Source: Spirochaetia bacterium (GTDB taxonomy: Bacteria > Spirochaetota > Spirochaetia > DSM-2461). Taken from it: 64,000 nt of DNA. The stretch spans positions 384,001 to 448,000 of the forward strand of contig OY764216.1 of assembly GCA_963668315.1 (NCBI GenBank), given 5' to 3'. Of this stretch, positions 63,322 through 64,000 are shown in pieces (the stretch's first letter is position 1; every line of letters begins with the position of its first letter). The notes below the pieces were generated by a model, which saw only the letters and a program-made list of their open reading frames with translations, did not search any database and was not told where the DNA came from. The translations under genes and the position numbers were made by a program.

Positions 63322-64000
63322 TTACTGGAGGGGCAGAGCGGCCAGGGCGGATACGGCCAGGGCGATCTGGGTATTATCCTTGAATCCGCCTACCATTTCC
63401 GATCCGACGCCGATGGCGCTCATGGGAATGGATGTTCCCGAGTGGGCGTAGGTGGTGAAGTACATGTTGGCCCTTTCGTCGATGATGTGGGTCACGGCGA
63501 TGGCCACGGGGTTGTAGCCGCCGTAGGTTCCGCCCACGGCAGCGCCGCCGTCCACATCGTCCATGGCTTCCAGGATGGAAGCTTTTTCCCCGTCGGTCAG
63601 ATTTCCCAGGCCGCAGTTGGCGGCGATGTAGGAGAAGAAAGCGTCCCGGTCTCCGTTATAGGCGAACTGGAGGGTATCTTCCACGGAAACTTTGACGTTG
63701 TCGAGCACGTCCATGTTCAGGAAGTAGTTCGCTCCGAAGCCGAGGCCCATACCGCCCGTTTCATGGTCGCCCACGACAATAACGGCGGTTTCGTCGGGAT
63801 GGGCTTCGTAAAAGTCCAGAGCCACCTTTACCGCATCGTCAAAGGCGAAGGTATCGTAGACGGCGCCGGCGACATCGTTGGCATGGCAGGCGTGGTCGAT
63901 CCGTCCGCCCTCCACCATCAGGAAAAAGCCCTTTTCGTACCGGGAGAGAACTTCCACGCCCTTTTCGGTCATTTCGGCCAGGCTGGGACAGTTGTTCTCG
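63322..64000 (-). CDS. Alkaline phosphatase, C-terminal part; starts beyond the window end
   Basis: GFFLMVEGGRIDHACHAND, VGDHETGG, HSG metal-ligand motifs. Confidence 0.92.
   Translation of the reverse strand, partial: ENNCPSLAEMTEKGVEVLSRYEKGFFLMVEGGRIDHACHANDVAGAVYDTFAFDDAVKVALDFYEAHPDETAVIVVGDHETGGMGLGFGANYFLNMDVLDNVKVSVEDTLQFAYNGDRDAFFSYIAANCGLGNLTDGEKASILEAMDDVDGGAAVGGTYGGYNPVAIAVTHIIDERANMYFTTYAHSGTSIPMSAIGVGSEMVGGFKDNTQIALAVSALAALPLQ

Overview
A 64-kb window of a spirochete chromosome, most likely a free-living Spirochaetaceae member. The assignment is inferred from the rplQ...rny-ymdB-tlyA and prs-FGGY kinase gene orders, the RpoB Ser531->Asn equivalent, and the absence of rpsD/adk/map/infA from the spc-alpha operons. 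Bases 1-34 kb, almost all on the minus strand, are the core cluster tRNA-Thr/rpmG/tRNA-Trp/secE/nusG/rplKAJL/rpoBC/rpsLG/tuf/S10/spc/alpha. It is followed by a large acidic-repeat membrane protein, rny, ymdB, tlyA, a GerMN protein and ptsI. Bases 34-43 kb are metabolic genes (FGGY kinase, prs, phosphatase, tpx, hydrolase, pyrC, WG-repeat lipoprotein, lysA). The standout is a ~15-kb, 17-gene type II PKS/FAS cluster (43.4-58.3 kb) in the gene order of the aryl polyene (APE) lipid clusters apeB-apeR. It has a fused adenylation-dehydratase gene and a split glycosyl/acyltransferase, and a chorismate-lyase-like gene one gene away could supply the 4-hydroxybenzoate starter. Non-coding highlights are a structured, possibly two-state RNA where fusA normally sits (rpsG-tuf), a candidate purA attenuator, back-to-back leaderless promoters and a consensus promoter just before rplL. 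All calls come from motif recognition by eye; no database searches were run.
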